IMG/VR virus record: IMGVR_UViG_3300005077_000003
Location: 64,001 to 128,000 of that record
Direction: 5' to 3' (one strand)
From: a virus
Length of the DNA stretch: 64,000 nucleotides
Positions 37,408-48,529 of this stretch are shown here, in pieces (the first letter of the stretch is position 1; each line of letters begins with the position of its first letter). The notes beneath the pieces are model-generated. The model saw nothing but the letters and a program-made list of their open reading frames with translations. It was not told the origin of the DNA and searched no databases. The position numbers and the translations under genes were made by a program.

Positions 37408-40182
37408 ATGGCTTACAAACAGTATTCTGATTATGCATATACGGGCAACCAAGAATCCTATAAAAATAGGATACAAAATAATGCATTCGACACTAATTAT
37501 GCGGAAGAAATCTCTTTCCCATATAAATATGATGTCTTTGTAAATAAAGAAAATACAACAGAAGGTCCATTCTCTGTTACTGAGAGCCACATAAGCTCTC
37601 AGATAGATGGCGGTGTATTATATTTAGACCACAGATTCGCGGTAGATGCTACCGGCGGTATTGCAAGTGTAACATGTTCTGATGGTTCCGCGACAATAGT
37701 CGGATATGATACGTATGTTGGTTCAATAGAGTTTGGTGTTGAACCAACAACTTCGCCTTTTACTATAACATATTCAGCGCGCGGAGATAAGACCTGGGAC
37801 TCACATATAAATGCCGTACAAAACGCAGTAATGCGTATAGAGAATACTATTGGCCTACATGATAATGACCCTGCCCAAACAGGATTAATATCTCTTCCTC
37901 TTGTAACTACTTGGGAGCCAGCTAATCAAGCAGACCTTGATAATATGAAGCTGAATACTCTCAAGAATATAGTGCTACTTGAACACTTACAAGATGATAT
38001 TAAGATAGGTAGTACCCGTGGTGCAATTACTTCTACTGGCCCTCATACAATTACAATAGGCAATCCTGGTGGTGCTGATACTGATAGCATAGTAATAGAT
38101 GCTGCATCTATTACAGTTAATTCATCTAATACTGATGGCGGCACACTAATATATAGTGCCAGCACTGGAGACTTTGTATATTTTACTGGTCAATCTGAGT
38201 TTGCATCTCAGATGACAATCGGTAAATCTTGGGCGGTAACCGGCCTATATTCTGGGGTTATCCCATCACATATGACCGGCTTCTACAATGACGCAATGCT
38301 TAGAGTAAATGGGAACATTTACTTTGGCGGCAATATGTCTGGGAATGGTTCCATAACCTTCGTTTTATCGACAGGAGAAATGGTTGATGTTGTTGGTGGC
38401 AACATGTATATAGACAACCTTACTGTAGATTCATCTCTAACAGTAAATGCGCCATCTACTTTCTCAAAAAGATTATACGTACAAGGTCCTGGATATTTTG
38501 AAACAAATAATGATATTACATTAACTAATAAAACAAACTACAGCCCTACAAAAATTGATGGCCTAGATCCCAGCTATGCCGATGCAGCAGTAAATAGCAA
38601 CGCAATGTTGCCAGGTACTATTGGTACTCCTATATATAAAGAACCATTTGATGGCACTGATTATAGTAATCCATATATATCTGGAGCCAAAGAACATCCT
38701 ATACTTAGAAGCTGGATGTATCCGATGCTAGGTGGGTGGATGTTTACAGGCACAGTAAATTACGAAAAAGCATCCTATTATTCTCATAAAAATGTACTAT
38801 TAGTTAATGCTAATATGAGAGCTGCCAGTGGTGGCTATGGCGATGTTGATGACTATTTTACATATTGCCCTGGACTATTCTCACCTGGTGATACATATAT
38901 AGAAATAGAAAATTCTACATCAGATGCTTTTGCATACCCAATATATTATCACGAAGCTCTTACTGGAACAGTAAGTACGGTTGTAACAGCAACTGGGTTA
39001 AATTTATATGTAGTTGCAGATGACGATGCTTTTGAGGGAGCAACAATAGCTGGTAGCACGTATAGATTATTCCAGCCAAGCAATGCACCAATGGGGTATT
39101 TGTCAGGATGGGGAGGCGCTACAACTTCTCCTAATGTAAGCTTTGGAGTACAATCATATAGCTACTATGGAGGATCAACGCAAAAAACTATTGATATTAA
39201 AACGCACCCATCACACATTGGTCCATCAGCTGGAGCTACTCCTTGGCCTATATATAGAAGGATAAAAAATAATTCTATATTGACTTGTAGTGTAAAAACA
39301 GCACTACAAAGGAATATAGACCATGAAGGAATATCTGACTTACCTGGAGGGTACGGAGATATAACTACTCCCATAAATGGTATTGCATATATATATGCAG
39401 CTAGCCATAATTCATATGGAACACTAGATGAAAACGTAACTTTAATAGCATCTCCAAGTCCATATGGTATATGTGCAGAAAATACTTGGGGAGTAGGATT
39501 AAACCTAAATCCTGGTCAGTGGACTATCGTTGGTGAGGTAGCAGCATCTACTTCAGATGGAAATACCTGGACACATATAGAGACAGTTGGCTATAGGCCA
39601 AATGGATTGTACGATTCTTGCTGGGTACCTATTACTCAATATAGAATGACGGATTTATCTTTACCATGGTCTACTATACCATCAGAACCGGTTGAGAATA
39701 TGGGCAGGTGCTTGCCTATTATTGTACATGATGATTGGATTTCTGTAGCCGATGATTTATGGAGGGATAATGTATATGAAGGGAGGATGAATTTTTATGT
39801 TGAACATAACTTAGGCCCAATTAGAAATCTCTCAGATGTTTCATTAGAAGTATACGTTGGAGATATAAAACCAGATATATTTATGCATCCATTATCTGGT
39901 GCATCTGCAAATGATTGGGGAAGTTTCCATCAGGCATCTTCAACATGGGCATCAGTATGGGGCGGTTTAACATCCCCATTTGGCGATCGACATTGGCTTG
40001 GTGATGGATATAAACCAACTTGGAATGACAGAAGAGGATTCTTAAGACAAATACCTGATGCTCAGCTAGCATTTTTTGATTCAAGATTTGCTAGGATATC
40101 TATCTTTGATGAAGAATATATGAAAGCATATGATGAATCTCTACCTCAATATATTAGAGTTATTATAAAGAGAACTAAGTAA
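37408..40182 (+). CDS. Large tail/baseplate structural protein (fibre-like)
   Basis: 924 aa, Gly/Thr/Ser-rich, with HINAVQNAVMRIENTIG (tail-protein helix motif) and beta-rich stretches. Confidence 0.5.
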   Translation: MAYKQYSDYAYTGNQESYKNRIQNNAFDTNYAEEISFPYKYDVFVNKENTTEGPFSVTESHISSQIDGGVLYLDHRFAVDATGGIASVTCSDGSATIVGYDTYVGSIEFGVEPTTSPFTITYSARGDKTWDSHINAVQNAVMRIENTIGLHDNDPAQTGLISLPLVTTWEPANQADLDNMKLNTLKNIVLLEHLQDDIKIGSTRGAITSTGPHTITIGNPGGADTDSIVIDAASITVNSSNTDGGTLIYSASTGDFVYFTGQSEFASQMTIGKSWAVTGLYSGVIPSHMTGFYNDAMLRVNGNIYFGGNMSGNGSITFVLSTGEMVDVVGGNMYIDNLTVDSSLTVNAPSTFSKRLYVQGPGYFETNNDITLTNKTNYSPTKIDGLDPSYADAAVNSNAMLPGTIGTPIYKEPFDGTDYSNPYISGAKEHPILRSWMYPMLGGWMFTGTVNYEKASYYSHKNVLLVNANMRAASGGYGDVDDYFTYCPGLFSPGDTYIEIENSTSDAFAYPIYYHEALTGTVSTVVTATGLNLYVVADDDAFEGATIAGSTYRLFQPSNAPMGYLSGWGGATTSPNVSFGVQSYSYYGGSTQKTIDIKTHPSHIGPSAGATPWPIYRRIKNNSILTCSVKTALQRNIDHEGISDLPGGYGDITTPINGIAYIYAASHNSYGTLDENVTLIASPSPYGICAENTWGVGLNLNPGQWTIVGEVAASTSDGNTWTHIETVGYRPNGLYDSCWVPITQYRMTDLSLPWSTIPSEPVENMGRCLPIIVHDDWISVADDLWRDNVYEGRMNFYVEHNLGPIRNLSDVSLEVYVGDIKPDIFMHPLSGASANDWGSFHQASSTWASVWGGLTSPFGDRHWLGDGYKPTWNDRRGFLRQIPDAQLAFFDSRFARISIFDEEYMKAYDESLPQYIRVIIKRTK

Positions 40183-42221
40183 TGACTGCAGTAACTGGAT
40201 TTTATACTGGTCAGTACGGTGGTTTCGTAACTGGCGCAAGCACTTCATCTAGTGCTTGTGGAGAATATTGGCGTGATGTCTACGGCGATGCGACCGTAGG
40301 CTATATACCTCCGGTATCAGGATATAATTATGTTGAAAATATTCCCAAGCGCGGTCCTTATGATGGCATATTTCGCTGGGAAGAAGTAACCATACAACTT
40401 GAAAATGTGCAGTCTGGTGCACTATTAGAATTCACAGTACCAGATTCATATACTATACAAATTACTCCTGACTTAGGCTGGCAAAGTACAATCGCCATGT
40501 TTGGCGATGATCCAGATGCTAAAGCAAATAACCCGCACCTTAAAACTGCTGGGGTATTTTCTATACTTGAGGGAACTCTTACTGATAATGGTGATGGTAC
40601 AGTAACAGCAGATATTAGCGGGAATGCTTTCGCTAATGCTGCCACAGATGGATATGGCCCCCATTTATGGCGCGCAGTTCCTTGGGCAGATGGTAACCCA
40701 GGACTAGGTGGCTATCCCGCTAGGTTTGAATATTACTCAGATGAGTCTCAATTAGATTTTACTATTGATAATATAATAAAAGAAACAAATCATCCAAACC
40801 AAGTAATAACAGGGAAGAAATCACTCAGGGCTACTATATCAATAGAGGACGAAAATAACCCCACAGTATTTATAGAACAGAATAATACTGCTTGGAGAGT
40901 ATGGTTTTCAATTGATAGGCCACAAGTAAAATTTAAAATAGTTGCCTCTGATAGTGGTGGTGGAATAGTTGGCTACCATAGTGTATCAATAGACTATGAT
41001 AGTTTTAACCAATATAATAGTCACATATGGAACTCGATAGATAGCTTTGCGCTATTTGCAAGCTTAGCCAGATTACCAGGTGAAACCAGCTATTCATTAA
41101 AAGAAAGAATAGTAGACGCCTATAATAATAAAGGCGGCTCCCATTATACTGGGCTTATTAGAGCTATCAATAGAGAGCTTGGTATTCATAGATTTGATGA
41201 GGCCCTAAATATATCAAGAGCAACTGATCAATTTGGCCAGCCTAATGTTGATATACTTTCTGTTATCACAACTCATACTAGACTATCACTATATTGCAAC
41301 TCTCTAATAAGAGATGAAGAAGTCAAAGTCGTAGATACATACGAGCATTTAGTATATACAGATTATAGAATAAATTCTATTGCAAGGATTACTACTGAGC
41401 GCGGCGATCTTTTGCCAGAAAAAGATTGGTATGTGTACAATACTCCTGATTATAACTGCATAAGATTTGCTGATTATGTAGAGGGTATAATAAAAATAAC
41501 ATATCAATATTATATAGACTTTAATTATGAAGACTATTCTACACTAGTAGATCTAGTAGATGCAATTAATTTAGCCGCTAATCCATCTGGAACGCTAATA
41601 GCAGAAGCCTCGCTTGCTGATAACATATCTGGTATAGAAAATCCAAATAGATTATATCATACAACTATTACATTAGATATAAATAACACAGAAGATACTA
41701 TTGGATGGTCTACTATAAAGCTTAGCAGCATTGCTGACCAAGAATGGAAAGAATCTTTTAAAGACGAAAGTCTTATGTATTTTGGCAGTGCATTCTATAA
41801 ATATATATTAGAACTAAAAAGCCAAACAAATGTTGAATGGGGATTTGTTGTGGCTGATAAAGATATATGGGATGCTGTTGAATCTGATACATATGGCCAT
41901 ACACACCTACCACTGGTATATGATATAAAATTATCTAATTGGAAACTAACTGCGCCTGTTGCTATAAAGCATTCATTTGATATATGGGATGCATTTAGAA
42001 TGGGTTTCTATTATGATGGCAGGCTAATTAAAAATACTGGTATGAACAAAGAGTTGTTCAGATCAGGAGTTGGATTTAAAAAAGACTGTATGGTATCTCT
42101 TAAATTTACAAGCGTATCATCAAAAGATAAAAGAATAAATTTAAATCCATATTTATCTCTCCCAATAGATACTATTGATATAGATGATAGCCTAATACAA
42201 GATATTATATTGGATATTTAA
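40182..42221 (+). CDS. Baseplate wedge protein with a P2 gpI-like segment
   Basis: IDSFALFASLARLPGETSYSLKERIVDAY...GLIRAINRELG is the typical wedge motif. Confidence 0.6.
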   Translation: MTAVTGFYTGQYGGFVTGASTSSSACGEYWRDVYGDATVGYIPPVSGYNYVENIPKRGPYDGIFRWEEVTIQLENVQSGALLEFTVPDSYTIQITPDLGWQSTIAMFGDDPDAKANNPHLKTAGVFSILEGTLTDNGDGTVTADISGNAFANAATDGYGPHLWRAVPWADGNPGLGGYPARFEYYSDESQLDFTIDNIIKETNHPNQVITGKKSLRATISIEDENNPTVFIEQNNTAWRVWFSIDRPQVKFKIVASDSGGGIVGYHSVSIDYDSFNQYNSHIWNSIDSFALFASLARLPGETSYSLKERIVDAYNNKGGSHYTGLIRAINRELGIHRFDEALNISRATDQFGQPNVDILSVITTHTRLSLYCNSLIRDEEVKVVDTYEHLVYTDYRINSIARITTERGDLLPEKDWYVYNTPDYNCIRFADYVEGIIKITYQYYIDFNYEDYSTLVDLVDAINLAANPSGTLIAEASLADNISGIENPNRLYHTTITLDINNTEDTIGWSTIKLSSIADQEWKESFKDESLMYFGSAFYKYILELKSQTNVEWGFVVADKDIWDAVESDTYGHTHLPLVYDIKLSNWKLTAPVAIKHSFDIWDAFRMGFYYDGRLIKNTGMNKELFRSGVGFKKDCMVSLKFTSVSSKDKRINLNPYLSLPIDTIDIDDSLIQDIILDI

Positions 42222-45200
42222 TGGCAGACAAGATCAAAAATATCTATAACGTCGGCCCCGGCTCACCTTATAGAACAGTAAATAAAGCATTAGAAGAAAT
42301 AGCTAATGCTTTATTTGGAGGTGATTTTGAATTACCATCATCACTATTATCAGATGGTGGACAAATTAATATAGTACTAAGAGGCGCTAATAAATTTCTG
42401 CCATTCTCAGTACCAGATAATATGACATCTATTTTAGTAGACTATAATAGATATCTTATTATAAAAAGAGAAGAATATACAACTAGTGGCCAAGTTATAT
42501 CTGATAAGCTTGCAGTAATATCTCCAGATGCTCCAGAGGCAAACTTATTAGATAAAGAATATTTAGTAATAGGATGCGACCTCGGTACTAATAATCCAAA
42601 TATAATATTAAGAGGACTTAGAGTACAAGAGTTTGTGATAGGAGTTAGGTCAGGAACAAACAATAATAACCTGCACATAGACAGATGTTTTATTACTAAT
42701 AACTCCAACGTACAAATATATTGCAGAGATTCTGATAAAGTAACTATTACAAACAATATAGCTGTCGGTGGACAATACGGAGTTGTTGCTACTAATTGCA
42801 AGAGAATTAGATCATACCATAATACGGTATTTCTTGATGGATCAACTGCCTTAGGTGGAGAGATAAAGGCTGGTATGATCCTACAGGGCGAGCGCTTATT
42901 TGGTAATACATCGCCAAGCACATTATATAATAATGGCAATCTAATATATACAATAGGTGCGCCAGCAGTAATATATTATGATGAAGATATAAAACAAGGC
43001 AGACTTATATCTGATTATAATGATATATTTGCTTTAGACGCGCCTTTAGTCCAAGTAAGACAAGACAGTGCTCAACTTCCAGACGAAGCACAGATTATAG
43101 GGAAAGAATTCTATGATCTTCTTTCGTGGACTAAGGAAGCACAAATGTCTAATTTTACTGATGATTATGGTGCTCCAATTGGATTAGATCAACATTCCAT
43201 ATCTGCACATCCAATATTTATAACATCAGTAAATGACATAAGCTATGAGAACGTAAGTATATTAGATCTTACATTACTAAATAACTCGCCATTATTAGGG
43301 AGGGTTCCTTCCTGGTATGATGAAACTATAAATGGTCCATATATCCCAAGTGATTTTAATACGGAGCATATATGGAAAGACTGCTTACTAAATATAAGAG
43401 AAAAACCATTTACTGCAATTGGTGCAAATGATTCACCATCTTTAAACGGATTCTTCGGCGACGATATTTTCACATCTCCACTTGATAGCGCAATAGAAAA
43501 TGATTGTGGAACTGACCCACTAATTAGTGCCGCATCACAACATATTAATATGGCTTTCCCAGAAATACTCCCAGGGTATTTCTATTCACATGAAAGAAAA
43601 TATTATCTATATGCCAACAAAGGAGCATATCAACTTGGCTACCTAATAAAAGCAGAGTTTAAATTACCAGGGTTCCTTGATAAAAATAACTTATCAGTAA
43701 AAGTTAATGGTACAGAAATCCCAGAAAATGATTATGACATTGCTGGTAGAAGATTATATGTATATACAAGAACTAGTGGATTAACTACACTAGATGATGA
43801 AGTACATATAGACGGATATATTAGAAAATGGTCTTCTGGTGGATTAGCATTAGCTCCTGTATACTATAGATATAAATTTAGTGATGCTATAATAAAATAT
43901 ATATTACCAAGTAACTTTGTGCCAAGCGGTCCAGTAGTAATAACTGATGATAGAGTAAACTATAGAGATCCAATAGATGTAGTAAGGAGAGAGTTTAAAG
44001 TAGAGTTTAACGAAGATACACAAGAATCTGAAATAATATTTGGTGGAAATAAGAATTGGATTAAAAATGCCCAGTTTGATATAACAATAGATAATGCTAC
44101 TCCAGCATACTGGATAACCTCAACTGGTTCAAGAGTAGTATTGGCAGAAAGAGACTTTGCTCATATAGGAGATTGGAGTTGCGCACTATTAAATGGTAGT
44201 GGTATAGGTACACTAAAATCTAATTATGTACCAGTAGAAAGCGGTAAGCCATTAACATATTCATGGCATTCTATGTTCCCTTCTGTAAACCAATCATCTA
44301 TAGTTGTAGAAACTGGGATATTAGATGTAGACATAAACTTTTATAAATCAGATTATACGATACTATCTGGATCTGGAGAAAGCTACTCGTTTACATGCGA
44401 ACCAATATCATATCAGTTTACCAGGTTCTATGCTACTCTAGAAGATAGCTCTGGAAATATACCAGACAATATATTTGAATCAGAGTATGCACCACTTGAA
44501 ATGGCTACTGGCATAATGCAGATACCATACAATGCATCATACTCGACTATAAAATTCTCTTCAAGAGATTCTGTTGACTGGGATCCACCAGGATGGATGG
44601 TTGTTGATGCAGTTATGGCTGAGCAATCTAATTATCCAACTGCCTTTATTCAAGAAGAAGATCCTCTGCATATGACCGTAGAGTTTGAAACTTCTACTGG
44701 AAAATTTGTTGATAAGAGAATGAACTTATCACCAATAATAAATGAAAATCCAAACGGATTCCTATATATTTCTGATATGCCCGCATCAATTTGGGGAGGA
44801 CCAGAAACTTTAGAGACCACTACCCTTCATGAATATAGGTGGCCAGAAGGTAGATTATTTGTAATGCCTTGGGCGCGCATGGTAGGGAAAGATAAGTTAA
44901 CACAAAAATCTTATTTCTCTTCTACTCCAACTGAGCCATTAGATATAATAGAAGTATTTAATTATCCCAAGAAAGCATTTCAAGCACATTTATATCCATC
45001 AACAGTAATAGCAGTACAGGGTGATACAAGCGCATATGGTATCAACGTACAAGTTCTTGATGACATAGGCAACCCATACGCTCTTAGGAACTATGTTCTT
45101 TCACTGCACGAACAAAATGATATGTTCCCTGGGTGGCTATCAAAAAGAAAGTTTGGCGCCAAAGAGCAGCTAGGTACAACAGTATATGGACAACTTAATG

Positions 45201-45874
45201 AGCGCGGTACGGCTATAGCATATTATACTCCGCCATCAGCAGAATCAGTTAGGTGGGTTGGTATGACTCCAACACCACTATCAAACACTGATGCACAAAA
45301 TAGTTCTGATACTATATCTTCAATAAAAACAGCATACGCTATTAATCCAGATAACAATGGAAATATAACTATCTTTGGTAAAGATAGTAGATATATAAAG
45401 ATATCTGATGATACCCCAATAACAGGAACATATAGTATCATATCAGACAATAGTACTGGGCCATATGTAACGCTACAATATCCACCGGTATTTGGTACAG
45501 TTTCTATATATGTTGATAACACTAAATACTTTGAAACATATGGTGATCCACAAAATCTAGAATATTTAGTTGATTATGAAAATGCGCAAATAGTATTAAG
45601 TAGATCAACTGATACATTATCAGAAGTATATGTATCATACCTGCCGCGCTATGCATATAAAGATCCAACAGACGATAATACTATTGTGTTTCATCATAAT
45701 AAAATATTTAGCGGATATTCTGGAGCAATAGAAATAGATTATGATGCTCAAATAAGACTTGAAATAAACGCGCACCTACCAATGTCAGGGGAGTTTGTTG
45801 ATAGTTATTATATAGTAGCTCAAAACAGTAAGCTATCATCTGCCTTTAATAACAGCGATGCATTAGAGTTCTAA
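42221..45874 (+). CDS. Tailspike/adhesin with pectin-lyase-like parallel beta-helix and CBM-like domain
   Basis: VGPGSPYRTVNKALEE start; beta-helix coils (IILRGLRVQEF, LHIDRCFITNN, VTITNNIAVGG, YHNTVF, LYNNGNLIY, SDYNDIF); second CBM-like block NWIKNAQFD...AEQSNYPTAF at about 44054-44650. Confidence 0.7.
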   Translation: MADKIKNIYNVGPGSPYRTVNKALEEIANALFGGDFELPSSLLSDGGQINIVLRGANKFLPFSVPDNMTSILVDYNRYLIIKREEYTTSGQVISDKLAVISPDAPEANLLDKEYLVIGCDLGTNNPNIILRGLRVQEFVIGVRSGTNNNNLHIDRCFITNNSNVQIYCRDSDKVTITNNIAVGGQYGVVATNCKRIRSYHNTVFLDGSTALGGEIKAGMILQGERLFGNTSPSTLYNNGNLIYTIGAPAVIYYDEDIKQGRLISDYNDIFALDAPLVQVRQDSAQLPDEAQIIGKEFYDLLSWTKEAQMSNFTDDYGAPIGLDQHSISAHPIFITSVNDISYENVSILDLTLLNNSPLLGRVPSWYDETINGPYIPSDFNTEHIWKDCLLNIREKPFTAIGANDSPSLNGFFGDDIFTSPLDSAIENDCGTDPLISAASQHINMAFPEILPGYFYSHERKYYLYANKGAYQLGYLIKAEFKLPGFLDKNNLSVKVNGTEIPENDYDIAGRRLYVYTRTSGLTTLDDEVHIDGYIRKWSSGGLALAPVYYRYKFSDAIIKYILPSNFVPSGPVVITDDRVNYRDPIDVVRREFKVEFNEDTQESEIIFGGNKNWIKNAQFDITIDNATPAYWITSTGSRVVLAERDFAHIGDWSCALLNGSGIGTLKSNYVPVESGKPLTYSWHSMFPSVNQSSIVVETGILDVDINFYKSDYTILSGSGESYSFTCEPISYQFTRFYATLEDSSGNIPDNIFESEYAPLEMATGIMQIPYNASYSTIKFSSRDSVDWDPPGWMVVDAVMAEQSNYPTAFIQEEDPLHMTVEFETSTGKFVDKRMNLSPIINENPNGFLYISDMPASIWGGPETLETTTLHEYRWPEGRLFVMPWARMVGKDKLTQKSYFSSTPTEPLDIIEVFNYPKKAFQAHLYPSTVIAVQGDTSAYGINVQVLDDIGNPYALRNYVLSLHEQNDMFPGWLSKRKFGAKEQLGTTVYGQLNERGTAIAYYTPPSAESVRWVGMTPTPLSNTDAQNSSDTISSIKTAYAINPDNNGNITIFGKDSRYIKISDDTPITGTYSIISDNSTGPYVTLQYPPVFGTVSIYVDNTKYFETYGDPQNLEYLVDYENAQIVLSRSTDTLSEVYVSYLPRYAYKDPTDDNTIVFHHNKIFSGYSGAIEIDYDAQIRLEINAHLPMSGEFVDSYYIVAQNSKLSSAFNNSDALEF

Positions 45875-48529
45875 ATGGAACACAAAATAGTAATACTAGA
45901 TATAGAGCACGTAGAATATGCTGGTAGGATTATAATTAGATACCAGCTATTGTGGGATACTGCTAACTATAATTCACCGGGTTGGCTATACATATCAGAT
46001 GGCTGCGGATATAGAGACATATGCAGTAATGAGTGGATGTGCATAGAACCAAATACTCAACACCCACTTCACTCTGATACAATAAAGCAAGCTGGCGTAT
46101 ATTATTTTGTTTGGGATTATCATGGCATAAATGGATTATCTAATGAAGATTTTTCTAGTGAAAGAAGCTTCCTAATACAGCTTGCATTACAAGATAGCGG
46201 CGTAGGCTGGGTAGATCCTTGTATAGAAGATCCAAACCTATCACCATTAGATGGATCACCAGTTACAGGAGATGTAGGTACTCAAGGCAATTGTGGAGAA
46301 GGATATCTAATAGATTTAGATTGGAGAGGTTGTCCAATATGCGTAAAGCAGGATGATCCTCCTGGTACCACAGGAGATTATGCAGGTACGCTCCCACCAA
46401 TTACTGGTACATCTGTGCCACCAGGGCCACCTCCACCTCCTCCAAAGATACCTAAAAACCCATTACCAAAGCCGCCATTTATTACAACTATAACACCAAT
46501 AGATGGTGGAACCATTGGAGCTATAGGCTCAGAAGGCTATGGCGATACTAATGACCAAGGCGGTGGTGGGACAACAGAAACAACTCTACACAGAAACTAT
46601 TTTACAAAACCAACAGTAGGGGATAATTCTAATGGTGGTGGCAATGATAATGATGACAACATTCCCGGAGTTGAGGATATCCCACCAGAAGCTACAAATC
46701 TAGATAGAGGCCTAGTAATTAAATTTGAGTCAGTAGGATCTGATGGATCTCCATTGGGCCATATCCCACCATGGATGGTGCAAAATACTCCAGACGACTC
46801 AGACGGCGATGGCACATACAATATCGGTGTCAGCAAAATAACTACGCCAGCTACCTACTTAGATAGGGGATATTTTGCCGGTAAATCTCCACATATAAAT
46901 AATATTACGAACCTCTATTATAATCAAAGGTATAACCAATATATAATAAACTCCTACGGTAAGAGTAAAATTGCCCCATCAGAAAATGAGGCTAATATAA
47001 CTACTAGGCATTTTAGAACTGCTAGCAATACAATAAATTCTACTGCTAATAAACAAATTGTTAGAAGTAAGTCTATGCCATCTAATGCTATTTCTGTTAG
47101 TAGCATGACCGCAAAAATATCTTCTCCAACAAGCGCCTCATTAGCAAATAGTATTTTAAGACGTACTAGTACAAAAAATAAAATACAAAGAGAAACATTA
47201 GCTTCAGTAAATCAAGCTGATAAATCAGTAGAATCAAGAGCAGCAAAATTTGGAATACACAAAGAAGATGGGGTAATTAACACCAAGCCGGGATCTGCAA
47301 ACAGAAAGCCGACCACCTCTTCTTTTGAAAGAAATATAACAGTAGCAGATAGATCACCAAAAAGATTAGTAAACACAAGAGATAAGGAGAAAGCAGAACT
47401 GTTTAATCTTGTTAGTAACGATAATAGCTTTACTAACTTAAATAGGGTTGGTCTTTCGTGTGTACCAAAGACTGGTCCTGTAGGATCAAACTTTTATGCA
47501 ACTTGTTATGCAATACCACATGACAAAAACAACCTACAAACTTTTACATTATCACTATATATCAAAGACTCCGCAGGTAAAACAGAAAAAGTAGCCTCTA
47601 CTAATTTAGAATCTACAGTAGGTATGGCAAGGAGAATAGCGGCAACTATAGGTACATCCAATTTGTCATCAGGAAGAGCAATAGTATATTTTGTTGCAAA
47701 AGATTCTACTGGGTATCCAATATTTACAAAGGGACAGCCAATATATTTATATCCACCTGGACAAATTGTTGGAATGCCTGATAGGGCCATATCAAATTCT
47801 GGAGTAAGTTCTGGAGGAAGAAACTTTATATCTGGTCTGACAAAAAAAGGCATATCATCATCTATAGATATCCCAATTGGGGGCGGGAATAGCCCCGCAA
47901 GATTATTGGCTGATTTAACCAAAACATCTGGAGTAATTGAATTAGGAGCACAAACAATATCTCTTAGGGGAAGAAAACATCACATACTAAACATATATGA
48001 TGGGTTTGTATCAAACCACACATCATCTACTGGGAAAATACTAAGCGCAGAGCTGTTCGCAGCCAATAGCCTAAATAACTACGGACAAAATATATTTGGT
48101 ACATCTGGCTATGTTTCTAGCGCATTATATCAAGAAGTAGACTATAGCAGATTTAGTGAAGAAAGGGACTTCGTTCTAATTACTATATCAAACACAGAGG
48201 ATACTAAATTAAGTTACGTTACTCTAGAAGTTGGTGGTGATCTAACTCTAAAAGAAACATATATATATTCAACAACAAACAATGGAGATGGGACATATAC
48301 TTTTGTAATGTATACCCCATTTTGCAGCACTGATTTGATAGCCTTCCAAGCTGGCGGAAATAATATAATAAGTTCAGATTCTTCTACTGTTGGTGTAACT
48401 ACAAATACTGGAGGCAAAATTACAAGTCTGACCATAGCACTAGATGACAATGCATGGCTTGCTTTAGCACTAAAAGAACCATCAAATGCCCCATTAGCTA
48501 GTAGAACATTTTTCTTTGAGCAAATATAA
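45875..48529 (+). CDS. Large protein with Cys cluster, polyproline hinge, low-complexity stalk and C-terminal beta domains
   Basis: C-x24-C-x12-CPIC, then PPGPPPPPPKIPKNPLPKPP, then a long S/N/T/K/R-rich stretch; coupled within the tail operon. Confidence 0.5.
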   Translation: MEHKIVILDIEHVEYAGRIIIRYQLLWDTANYNSPGWLYISDGCGYRDICSNEWMCIEPNTQHPLHSDTIKQAGVYYFVWDYHGINGLSNEDFSSERSFLIQLALQDSGVGWVDPCIEDPNLSPLDGSPVTGDVGTQGNCGEGYLIDLDWRGCPICVKQDDPPGTTGDYAGTLPPITGTSVPPGPPPPPPKIPKNPLPKPPFITTITPIDGGTIGAIGSEGYGDTNDQGGGGTTETTLHRNYFTKPTVGDNSNGGGNDNDDNIPGVEDIPPEATNLDRGLVIKFESVGSDGSPLGHIPPWMVQNTPDDSDGDGTYNIGVSKITTPATYLDRGYFAGKSPHINNITNLYYNQRYNQYIINSYGKSKIAPSENEANITTRHFRTASNTINSTANKQIVRSKSMPSNAISVSSMTAKISSPTSASLANSILRRTSTKNKIQRETLASVNQADKSVESRAAKFGIHKEDGVINTKPGSANRKPTTSSFERNITVADRSPKRLVNTRDKEKAELFNLVSNDNSFTNLNRVGLSCVPKTGPVGSNFYATCYAIPHDKNNLQTFTLSLYIKDSAGKTEKVASTNLESTVGMARRIAATIGTSNLSSGRAIVYFVAKDSTGYPIFTKGQPIYLYPPGQIVGMPDRAISNSGVSSGGRNFISGLTKKGISSSIDIPIGGGNSPARLLADLTKTSGVIELGAQTISLRGRKHHILNIYDGFVSNHTSSTGKILSAELFAANSLNNYGQNIFGTSGYVSSALYQEVDYSRFSEERDFVLITISNTEDTKLSYVTLEVGGDLTLKETYIYSTTNNGDGTYTFVMYTPFCSTDLIAFQAGGNNIISSDSSTVGVTTNTGGKITSLTIALDDNAWLALALKEPSNAPLASRTFFFEQI

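Noticed and set aside
37408-40260. Frequent xTG/xSG tripeptides in tail proteins as a distinct repeat system
   Set aside because: No fixed periodicity is visible, and Thr/Ser-Gly enrichment is common in beta-rich fibre proteins.
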